Position numbers and translations under genes: made by a program | Notes under the pieces: model-generated | Databases searched by the model: none | The model's input: only the letters and a program-made list of their open reading frames with translations | Told to the model about the DNA's origin: nothing | Assembly (NCBI RefSeq): GCF_000181795.1 | Contig: NW_003526941.1 | Span: forward strand, 2,042,232-2,106,231 | Source: Trichinella spiralis | Lineage: Eukaryota | DNA: 64,000 bases | Reading direction: 5' to 3' | Part shown: positions 53,059 through 64,000 of the stretch, piece by piece | How the letters are laid out: each line of letters begins with the position of its first letter | Position numbering within the stretch: position 1 is the stretch's first letter

Positions 53059-54138
53059 AAATTGCTATTGCTATATCATTGCACAAACAAAGCTTATCTG
53101 ATTGAAATGAATCTGATTTGGCTTTACGTGTTTTGCCGCCTGATAAACTAAACTAACTTATCACTTTACTACTTTTTTCTTGAAAATGAAATAAATGATT
53201 TTCCTCATCATCACCTACTGTTGTTGTTTATGAATTTATATATTATTATTAAAAATAATGCCGTCTTGTTGTTTGTTGGTTTGAAATTATTCGAGGCGAT
53301 CAACAAACAGTATTATATTTTTTTCAAAGTCCTCTGCCAACTGGCAGCATATAACTGGAAAAAGAGCAAAAGTAGTTTTTGTATTTTTCAAATTTAATTG
53401 TGCGTGATCGTCCGTCTGCGTCTAACGGAACATTTTCAATGTTAACAAAGGAAAATGGAAGAAAGAAAATATGAAAAAAAGTAACAACATTCAACAATGA
53501 AACAACGAACCGGCGGCAGAAAGAAAGAAAATAAACAGCACTTCACAGTATCATTTTTCGAATAAATAAAACATCGTAAAGTGGAAAAATCGTTTTGTCC
53601 AACTTTTAGGCGAAAAATTTTTCCCAAAATTGCATTTGTGATTGGCGTCCCTTTGAAATTTTATTGGTTCTTTTATACGAGACGTTGTTGTTGTTGTTGT
53701 TGCTGTTGTTGCAAATTTCAAATTGTCCAGTGAAGGTGATAAAAAAATTAACTTTCAAGATACAAGAAATTTGCAGTAAAAAAAATTCCAACATTTGCGT
53801 ATGATTACTGATTGATGGAAATGACAATGGAAGTGAACCAACAACAAAAAACTGCTGCTCAATCACAAAGCTCTGTGTCCAAATCTGTTCTGAACTGAAG
53901 AGAACATCCATAGGAAAGAAAATAATTTAAACTCGTTTAAAAATATGACTAAAAAACTCGATTATCTTTAAAATGGGAAAAGGAGAGATCAAATAGACCT
54001 TGTGTAATGAGCAAGTGAACAGGCGCATTGTTTTTCACTTTATAATAATAATAATAATAATAATGAATATGAGAAAGAGGAGAAAGTAAAAAATAGAAAA
54101 GAAGAATAAAACCGACTCTGGGCAAATGCACAAAATTG

Positions 54139-55974
54139 TCAATTCAGAATTGAAGCATTCTCCAACAATACCAGCACCAAATCCTCCAACGTTTGCGTCA
54201 TCATGGCCATTTTCTCGAAACAATCAAACTGCGGTCGAACCAGGGTAGGCCAAAGGCATTTTGCCAAATTACGATGATCCATCGCATTCTCTTCTGAATG
54301 ATCGGCAATTCTGAAATTGAAGAATTCAATTCAATCAAACCACAAACCGATCCGAACTAATACCGTCGGAGATGCGTCAGAAAATAACTAAGCAAGGCGT
54401 GATTTTTCGGCGTTAGTTTACGCAAAATGTGCCGAAGTGCACCAATTCGCTCATTCTCATCTGTCAACGCTGAAAAATATCAAAATAAATTAATGTAGAA
54501 AAAACATTTTACACATATGCAACAATTATACCCATTGCTTCAATCAAAGGTTCGTATAATGCGGTAGAAATGAGCGGCTCAGATTGGTAAGCAAAGTAAT
54601 TTTTCAGCGCTGTCGTGATTACATTCACCGGTACGTCCAAATCTTTAAATGATAGATCTGAATTTTCCAAGAAACGTTGTTCCACTGCAGCTGCCTGCGA
54701 TTGGTTTCCCGGAACTCGATACACGCCTTCTGAACTCAAGCCTAAATAAAAGATTTGAAACATGGAAAGTAAATACAAATATATATTTATATTTACATTT
54801 ATATATGAATACATACCTTCTGCTTCGATAAATTCAACGCATTTTTGAACAAACAATGGTACACCGTTGTTTTCCTGAGATTCACAAACAATCCCAGATC
54901 GATCCGAACATACTGCACGATTCACTGCTGTTAATGGCGACTGTGGCCTGTTCTTGTTGATCAGATGTCGTGGATCGGATCCAGCGCGTTCGCTGCTGCG
55001 CAACTTCTACATCAATCCATATATATATATATGCACACGCATACAGAGAAAACGGTTACGGTAGTCAAGTACCTGAGCATCTTTAGAAAGTTTACGTTCT
55101 TTAATTGTGGAACGTTCTTGACCAGGACTTTTCATCAACGACGCTCGGCCCTGCACACTACACGCTGCCAGCAACTAGCAAATAAATTTGTTTTTCTTTT
55201 TGATATTGCACATTTGTACACAATTTCAAATTACCTTGGAAGATACTAACGACGACGCCGCGCTGACCAAAGCTCCAGCCGTGCTGACATCACCGGATAA
55301 ACGTTCTGAAACAGACCGAAATAACAGTGACAACAAAGCATATTGATGAAACATGCATTGAGAAAATTTAACATGCAAAACGACAACGACAACTATGCAC
55401 AGAGCTGAAAACATTGTCGAAATCAAATGAATTGTCTGTCTGCCGTTGCTTTCTAATTTTTTACAAGCGAAGCAGTCAGTCATTCTCCTGCGTTAAAAAT
55501 TTTATTTCCTTGTGCTCACTCTCTCTAGACACAGGCGAGACGGTAGTGGTGTGGGGCTTGGACAGGGCAGATGCGACTGTTAGCTGGTGATGATTGGGCA
55601 GTAGGAATGTCGTCGTCTGGTCGACAGCGGACGGCGACTGAGGCAGTGATTTGCTTTCGTCGAGCGGCGGCTTTTTCCTGCGTATACGAAACGACGAAGC
55701 GACTTTACGAGCCAAGAAGCTCGGCGACACCAGCGCCACTGCTGGCGGTGGTGCCTGCGGGGATAGCGTGGCTTGTTCGGTTTGGGTCTGGGAATTAGCG
55801 GTCAAGCAAGTATCGTCCCCTCTGACGTAAACAAAGTCAGTCGGCTCGGTGAGCAGAAACTCCTCGCTGGACGAGCGAAACGGTATCATAAAAGCTACAA
55901 CAACAAACAATACTACGACACGAGCACAATACCAAAATCACAACACAATACTAACAACAACAACAACAACAACA

Positions 55975-56026
<52 letters not shown>

Positions 56027-56370
56027 ACGCCCATTTTTTTGATGAATATTGAAATTGAGAATAATTTAAATGATTACTTTTGAAAAAAAAAGGACTCTTG
56101 GTACATTCTGTACCTTCTCGTTGGCCAAATTTTGTATTTATACCACACAGTGACCGGTTTGTTCTTTCATATGGAATTATCCTCTGCCGAGTGGGGCTGA
56201 CTAACTCGTTCCACTAGTATCATGCCGACTTCACCGATACTCCTTTTCCTAGGACCTACTGCTAGAGCTGGTGGTGCTTGTTCACCTTTGATCCTTCTCT
56301 TTACTCCTTCATCCNNNNNNNNNNCCAAAATCACAACACAATACTAACAACAACAACAACAACAACAACA

Positions 56371-56443
<73 letters not shown>

Positions 56444-56748
56444 GCCCATTTCCAAGCTGAATATTATAATAAAGAATAGTAAAAATGTATACTTTTGAAA
56501 AAGAAAGGACTCTTGGTACATTCTGTACGTTCTCGTTGGCCAAGAAGAGTCGGCGTACCAGGCAGTGACCGGGTAGCATCAGTCAAAGTGGAATTATCAA
56601 GTGCAGAAGCGAGCTGTCGAACTCGTTCCGCTATAGTCGGTCCGACAACACTGATACGCCTATTCGTAGGAGCTACTGGCCGAGCTGGTGGTGCTTGTTC
56701 ACCGTTGATCATTCTCTTTCCTCCTTCGTCCAATTCAACTGCTATCAC

Positions 56749-56780
<32 letters not shown>

Positions 56781-59700
56781 TAATGATAAGAAGAAGAAAT
56801 ACATGGATAAAAATTCAACGGTACCTCTAATGGATGACAATGACTGCCTATCGGTCGAAATTTCATCTCCATCACCATGCAGACTCTAAATTTGCAATAA
56901 ATAAAGTTTCACAACATTTCAAGCTCCAGTCAAGGGGTAATGAAAAAACAAGAGCGCAAAAATGCAATTTTAAAACTTAAGCACTTTGGTCAGCAAAGAG
57001 TCGGCAGAGATTTCGACACTTTCTGGTGTAGCCAACGGCGCCGAGGGTCGAGTGATCGCTACGTTCCTTCTACCAGACGACGATGACAGCGACGGATTAA
57101 AAGAGCATCCACTTTCGTTCAACGAATCAAACGACGACGTCGACGGACTGGCCAATGGCCGTCGACTGGATAACTCTTGACTGTCTACCGTACTGGCCAC
57201 AGCTTGGATGCGACCACCGCCGTACAACCCGGCTAAACTGTTCAAATGACGCTGATCTGATCAAAATAAAAATAATGTAAAAAATACACACGTCACAATT
57301 CAACAATAACAACAAAACAGCACGATGATGCTGATGAGAAACCAACAAAAGTCAATAAAGTTTGCAATTTTATCGAAAATCTTTTCATCAAAAATCCAAC
57401 TCTCCCCGGCTAGCTAAATCCAGCCGCAATAACAACATTCGTTAGCGGCTTGTTGGCTTGGACGAAAACACGAAAAGAAATGCCTGAATTAGATCTTCGC
57501 ATTGCCATTATACCAGTAGTATTTATTATAATCCAAATCAATTTCAATTTATGCAAATAAAAAAAACTAAAATAATGCATTCCATGTTTTGTTTTTTGTT
57601 TGACTTTAACTAAAAAATAAAAACGTGCAACTGAAAACTGAAAATAATTTATAACAGCAAAAGAGCAAATATATAATCATGCGATGCGACTACTGCTGCT
57701 ATCAGAAAACATAAAACTCATTGAATTGTTCCACTCTGTTCAAAAATGAATTTAAAAGGAAATAAAAATGAATAATCACACTTACTAGATGGACAACTGT
57801 TCTGGAAACGTTCTGAATATGGTGAAGTAGAATTTGAGGATGCAAATGCGCTTTGTTGTTGTTGTTGCTGCTGTAGACCGTTCGTCAATGCGGCATCGGA
57901 AGGAATACCACTCCAGAAGGAAGACAAGCTCATGTAATCCGGCTCTTTTGTCTCCAGAAGCTGCTCTTCCACTTCCACTGCTTTTGCTTGTTGTTGTTGT
58001 TGTTGTTCAACGTTTGCTGTCCTCTGATCGAACGACTGTCGACTGGTGGTGCTTGTTTCGGACGACGCATATGGAATAGGAGAAGTAATGTTCATTACAT
58101 AAGATCTAGAATATTCGTGCGTGTTCCTGGTGTCGGACTTGCGCAGCCAAATATCTTCATAAAATGACATGTACGCACTAGCTGAAACAGAAGAACAGAA
58201 AATAAATTCGGCTAATCAACGAAAATCGATTATAATTGAATTCAAATTTCAAACATTCCACACAACATGTAGTAAGCACGTCAAGCATGCATGCAGAAAT
58301 CTTTCCCACTGAAACACACTACTGCCACTACTACTACTACAATTCTACATTTGCACTGAAATAAAATCAACAGTGGAGTGAAGCCCATTTTTCTACATAT
58401 AATTATTTGTCAGTCATTGCTTTATGTTAAATAAAATAATGTCGTCATGGGCTGCGTATCGATTGAAATAAAAATTACATTGATCATATTATAACTAGGA
58501 AAATAAGATGAAAATCACATGAGCTCATAAAGTAAAACATACCACAATGATGAACAAAATAAAGTTAAAGTATAAAAAAACAAATCAAGCATCAGAAAAA
58601 ACAAATCGACAACAACTTTCGCTTCAAACAGCTAAACAGCTGCACAACCAAAGCACTACAACTCAAAAATTGCAAAGCTTATTTCAAAAAAACTAAACTA
58701 AAACAACAATAACACATGAGAAGAAGGACAGAAAAGAAATGCATGGCAGACACAAGGTTTGAAGAATTTCGTTTGAGATGAAAAGTAGAGTCGAGCAAAG
58801 CTCGCTGTCCTTCTTCCCCTATGGCGCAACAACAGCTGCCAATAGCCAATCTCCCGCAGACAAATGACACCAACAATAAATGACCACGTTTCCGTTTAAA
58901 ATTCAAAAACACGTTTACACATAATCGCGCAAATGATTAATCTGAAAATATTTTCTAAAAATTCCTAATCTCAATCAATGCCACAGTACCAGTAGCATTG
59001 GAATCAAATTACCTGAATTTCAAGAGAAAGCAATAATACCGTAATATAATATACCAATGTATAAAGTTAGTTTTTTTTGATTAAACAATTACTGAAAAGC
59101 AAACAATACAGACTAAAACATCAGACCAAATATTTAAAAAAATTATCATACGTGCTTGTTCGTTGGTTCGCGAGACAGTGATAAAACGAGCGCCCAGTTC
59201 GTCGGCTAGTCGACTGCCTTCGACGATGAAGCTGTTGGTCTGTTGATCAGAGAAGAAGTCGACCACTTCTCCGACGGCAACCAGCATCAACGGAATCGAA
59301 TGAGGCAATCGCTGACTCAGGCACCTGGAGTAAAAGAAATAAGCAATTTAAAATATACATATATGCAAATAAATAAATAGAAATAATTGCTTTTCTCTAT
59401 TCGAATAACAACTAGCTTACAGCAAATGGGCAAGTGAAGCACGTCGCTTGGCCGAATAGACGAGCACGTAACCGTCGAAAAATTGCCTACGCAACGTTGC
59501 TTGAAGGGCTTGATGATACGAGCCGACTGTGGCAGTGGCAAGCAGACGGCCGGACGTGTTTGGCAAAAACGCTTCAACCCGTACCCTGACAGCGCCGGCT
59601 TCGGCCAGAGGACCTGAGCCGGAACCGTTCAAACACAACGACCACAACGACGTGGAAAATGAACAGTCGGCTTGGCTGCGAGTTGGCGCCTCCAGACGAC

Positions 59701-62700
59701 AACAGTTGTGCGAATACAACAACGGATTCAACACCGTAGCTGGATCGTAATTGTCGCCGCACATCATGCAGACAAAAAAGTTGGCCATTCTCTGCCCGCC
59801 TGGTGATCTCGTCGACGAAGTTGAAGCGGTCGAACCACGACCGGGATACTGCTCCCCAGCGACGCAAACCAACGAACTCAAACAGCGGTACATCTGCTGA
59901 CCTGTCAGCAAGCCGCCCAGATGACGACGACACTCTTGATTTTGACCAACGCATCCAGTGAAATCACGCTGCTGTTGTTGTTGTTGTTGTTGTTGATGGT
60001 GGTGGTGTTGTAAGCCAATAAATTGAACCTGAAGAGGTTCACAAAAGCGAGCCCCTTGCTGTTGCAACAGCGGCATGTCATCCAAGTGAGCCGGATCGCC
60101 AGCAAATACAACCACTGCCGGTAGTCGATAGGAGAGATTTGGAGCTGCTGTATCACTGCCGAGCAAGTCAATGTCCAGCAATGTGTGCAAAATAAAATGG
60201 CGCATAACCGCAAAGGAAGCTTTGCAAGAATATGGAACAATCACCCCTGGCGGAAATAAATTTCTCATCATATTTTAAAAGTGAATATTTCAGAGATAAC
60301 ATTTTCATACCGTTTGCTTCAGTCTCGTTAACAATAGAAAAAAAACGAGAAAAATCACACTCGGCTACACATTGAAATTCCACTGACAACGTCGAACCGT
60401 GACAATCAAACAGACCCTCTGAAAGATATACCTGAAATAAAATACAAATTTACATTATACATTTTTTCGTATGTTCTGACAAAATTAACAATAATGCATG
60501 CCATTTTTACCTGAAATTCCCTTTGAATTTGATAAATCAATGGATCTCTGCCAGCAATCAACAATTTCACCTGATCGTTTACAATTGGATAAAATATATT
60601 ATAATAAGGTATGGCAAATTCGGCGGTTGAAGATTGACTTCAAAAAAAAGAACAAATAAATTATCAAATACCAAAAAAATATTTTATTTTTCCTACCTGG
60701 TCAATTTGACGGCAAGCCATTGGCGCGCCAACGTGTCCATGCAACGTGGTTTCAACGGACAATGTTGGCAAGACGGTCGATGGATAAACATTGCATATTT
60801 CTGTATGGCACTGTCTCGCCACTGATACAGACGATTCATCACCCTGTACCTGTGATCCTCTTGAAGACGTTCGTGAACGAATCGACAATCCGAATCGGAC
60901 ATTTCAGGCCCAGTCTCTGTCAAACTTTCGTTCAGTCTCAACAACGACACCGCCCTTCTTGAATACAATACACTGACAAAAACGTCCACCTTTTCCAACA
61001 ACAATTCAATAAAATCTTGCCTAGCTCGTTTGATCAAAACACGCTAAACAAATATCAACATGTTAATAAGGTGTATATTTATTTGATTGTTTCGAAAAAC
61101 TTTGCTTTACCTGATATTGATCATAAACTGCTTGCAAATCAACCTCTGGCAAAGATTCGAAAGGTTCTTTGCCCATCAAGAATAATCTTACATCAGACAG
61201 CGGTTTACCAGGCGTCACCTGACTACAGTTGGCTAGCAACTGCGAAAAATCGTTGAGGAGCCTTGAAAATTGGAAAACATTTCAATCAGTAATGCATACG
61301 CATATGAGAAATGAAGTAAGTACTTTTTTCTTGCACTTCTTGCTTCTAAATAAGCAAAATGCTGTCGAAAACAAGCTTCCGCTTCTGGAGTATAAAGAAT
61401 ATCCGGCGATAGTCGATCGCCAATATCATCGGCATTTGAATCGAGGCGAAAAATTTCACCATAATACGGCTGATTTTGCATGTAACAAACAATATCATCC
61501 CAACTTCTGCAAATGTAGGAAAAGATGAAAAAAGTGAAGCTGAAACGAGCGCACACTTATTGGAAAACTTACTTTCCACAACAAGCTGAAGAATCGGGTA
61601 AAAGTTTCAACAAAGCATCGGGCAGTTTTCGAAGCTCACTCTGGCGACGCTGTTGTTCGTAAAAAGAATACATTTCGGCTATGTATTGTTCAAAAATGGA
61701 TTTCGCTTTCACACGACCACACAAATCGCAAAAATGTTCAAAATCCGGCTCATCTGACGATAAATAAGATGATGACAAATGAAACTAAGCTAAACTAAGC
61801 TAAAACTCACTGCTGAGCACTTGGCAAAGATGAGACCAAGTCCACCGGTGATTGGGAACTGTCTTTCGAATAGCTTGCAAATAGGCGGCCGTGGCAACAT
61901 CAATAATCTCCTGCCGACGCCTGACTGCATCGTTGAACTGCGTCAAGCGTGGTCTTGCACGGCTACGATCTGCCAAACAGATCAACACCAGGAATGGAAC
62001 CTCGACATTGACACCCAGGTGAGCAGACGTTTCGACCAACGGCGCCAATGAGCGCAGTTCCCGCCTTCCAAGCAGTCGGTCCAACGCTTTCAAGCTTCTC
62101 TCGTCGGCTCGGTCGTGTTTTGTAGTGGCCAACACCACGGGCTTTTTGGTCTTCAACGCATTTTGCAGAACTGCAAGCACAAATTCGCACTGCCGTTCGG
62201 CACTTCTACCAGCTACTGAACTGACATCGAACACGCATACAAATCCATCCACGTTCGTTCGACCTTCGGGCAATGTTCGTTGTTCATAATCATGTTCAAC
62301 ACCTTCAACACACACACACACATACATATATACAAATTTGCATAATATAATATAATATAATATAATATAATATAATATAATATAACCCTTTTCCACTCTT
62401 AAAATCATGTGAATTTATTAACATGCATTTCTTAATGTTCAAATATATGATGATCACTAAAAAACGCAAAACTATATTTACGAAAACAGTGAAATAATAA
62501 ATTCTCAAGGAAAACTGTAAAGTTGCTTTGCAACAAGCAAACATGCATATATATATATATATATATGTATATACAAGGACGCCAATAAAGATGACCCAAA
62601 ATTGAATCGATCAAAACTGCAAATCACACAAAAAGCTTTAATTAAAGGTTACGCATAATGTATGACATTATACGACCAGTTTTCGGCACATTCCTACAAC

Positions 62701-64000
62701 AATGCAATGCACGAAGTGTCAAAATTGGTAACAAATTATTAATAAATGAAAACAAAACAAGACAATAATAGCAAAAGTCCAAATATGCAATTGATTGTTT
62801 AAAATAATAAATATTATTCAACTTTTTATAAAATTTTGTACACTGTCATTTTAAAATTAATCATCATGCGAGACAAAAATAGTAGTTCAGATGTTCAACC
62901 AAATAAGAAGTTTTATATAAAAATGAAAGAAGCCAAAAATAAATAAACAAACATATAAAAGCATCAAAAGCCCAAAATGTGTGAAAATTTTGACACGCAT
63001 CACCAGTCGAAAAATGCTTTATCGACTGATTAGCACCGACATAAAGCAAGCAACAAGAGAGAGAAATTCAATGAGCCGAAACAAATTGCCGCTTTTTCAA
63101 TCGGAAAAAAATTCATAAATGCAATATCAAAACGTTTGCAGCTTGTTTTTTTTATTCATGCAACAATTCTCATAACAAACCATCAATCATATTTACTTTT
63201 CATAATATTTTTTCCATTTTCTCATTTCTATTCAAATCAAATTTGCAAGATGATATGAAAAATTCATCGAATCCACTTTGTTTGATAATTTTCAATTTTT
63301 CAAATGAGATGAAGAAGAAGAAGAAGAAGAAGAAAAGCATTACTGATAAATCAAACGATGAATAATAGAAATAAGCAACACAATAAACGCCCAGACGAGA
63401 CGAATCAACAAAATAACCCCCCCCCCCCATTTACACACAACAACGTTTCACTTTAAATCATGTTTGATTTGAAAAAGAAAAATATTCATACATTAAAATC
63501 ATTACAAAAGTATAGAGAAGAAAGAAATACCGCTTCTTCATCTACTTTTTATTTACATAACGCATTCCTCAGTTGATTGTAATCAGCTTATCGAGATGAA
63601 TCAGTTTCAATTGTTAAACAAACATGGCCATGGCTGAGCAATTCAAACAACGAATAAGACACTTGCAATCAACGTGAATGTAGAATAAATCTACATTATT
63701 ATTCCCTTCCAATAACCTCAGCGAAAGCAGTTGCGAAAAATTGTCCACTGCAATACAAAATACCTCACTGATTATGCACATGCATCCCTACCCCTCAGTA
63801 GACAAATATGAACCATTGAAACGTAATGGAGATCGAGTGAGTGGATGTTGGAATTCGGAAAAGGATTGAAATGATCAATTCAACTTACCTAGTTGGTCTT
63901 TGCAAATGTACATTAGCTTGTCTGGTGAATGGAGCTTCAAAGCTGTACTGCGCTTGGGGTAGGGTTCACGTTGACTGGCGCTACCTCTGAGCGGTTGAAA
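54139..64000 (-). CDS. rga-5: p190 RhoGAP (ARHGAP35/ARHGAP5, rga-5-like): N-terminal GTPase, FF repeats, pseudo-GTPase domains and RhoGAP; 5' end lies beyond the window
   Basis: LHSPDKLMYICKDQLG|VEHDYEQR, VDGFVCVFDVS, KKPVVLATTKHD and VETSAHLGVNVE (N-GTPase). RARQDFIELLLEK (FF repeat). DGYVLVYSAKRRAS and IPLMLVAVG (pseudo-GTPase). VPLFVQKCVEFIE..GLSSEGVYRVPG..ALKNYF..NAMDHRNLAKCLWPTLVRP (RhoGAP). Stop TGA at 54139-54141. Confidence 0.92.
55932..56731. repeat. About 0.4-kb duplication around a 10-N gap (56315-56324) containing (CAA)n(TA)n; probable assembly artefact
   Basis: The left copy, 55932-56314, degrades after the (TA)n tract. The right copy, 56325-56731, keeps the open p190 exon. Confidence 0.85.
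62342..62385. repeat. (ATATA)n pentanucleotide microsatellite in a p190 intron
   Basis: Read directly from the sequence. Confidence 0.9.

Noticed and set aside
1..64000. Prokaryotic systems (CRISPR, operons, IS elements), rRNA/tRNA genes and transposase or reverse-transcriptase ORFs
   Set aside because: The sequence is spliceosomal-intron-containing eukaryotic DNA and none of these signatures was seen by eye. Small ncRNAs cannot be excluded without a covariance-model search.

Overview
AT-rich, intron-rich eukaryotic genomic DNA with short introns (about 45-100 nt) and TTTCAG/TTTTAG acceptors. It looks like a nematode, probably a clade I genus such as Trichinella (inferred, not verified). It is a draft assembly with two 10-N gaps. 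All gene models were spliced by hand. In order: the 3' end of a Pro/Ser/Thr-rich gene built from symmetric phase-1 mini-exons and ending in a Cys-rich module; an intronless AGPAT5-like acyltransferase; a two-exon orphan 7TM receptor; a cluster of small secreted-peptide genes; a Piccolo/RIM-family (clarinet/Fife-like) active-zone gene; a disordered protein with supervillin-like N-terminal motifs; and most of a p190 RhoGAP gene. The highlight is a tandem array of three paralogous neuropeptide precursor genes at 14.4-19.9 kb that the ORF track splits into fragments. Each encodes a signal peptide, a Cys-pair pro-region, a conserved phase-1 intron and one C-terminal S-[FIY]-H-[IL]-RF-amide peptide. 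A fourth, divergently transcribed PRF-containing precursor-like gene lies next to them. The 4.8-kb duplication inside the active-zone gene and the 0.4-kb duplication inside p190 are most likely assembly artefacts.
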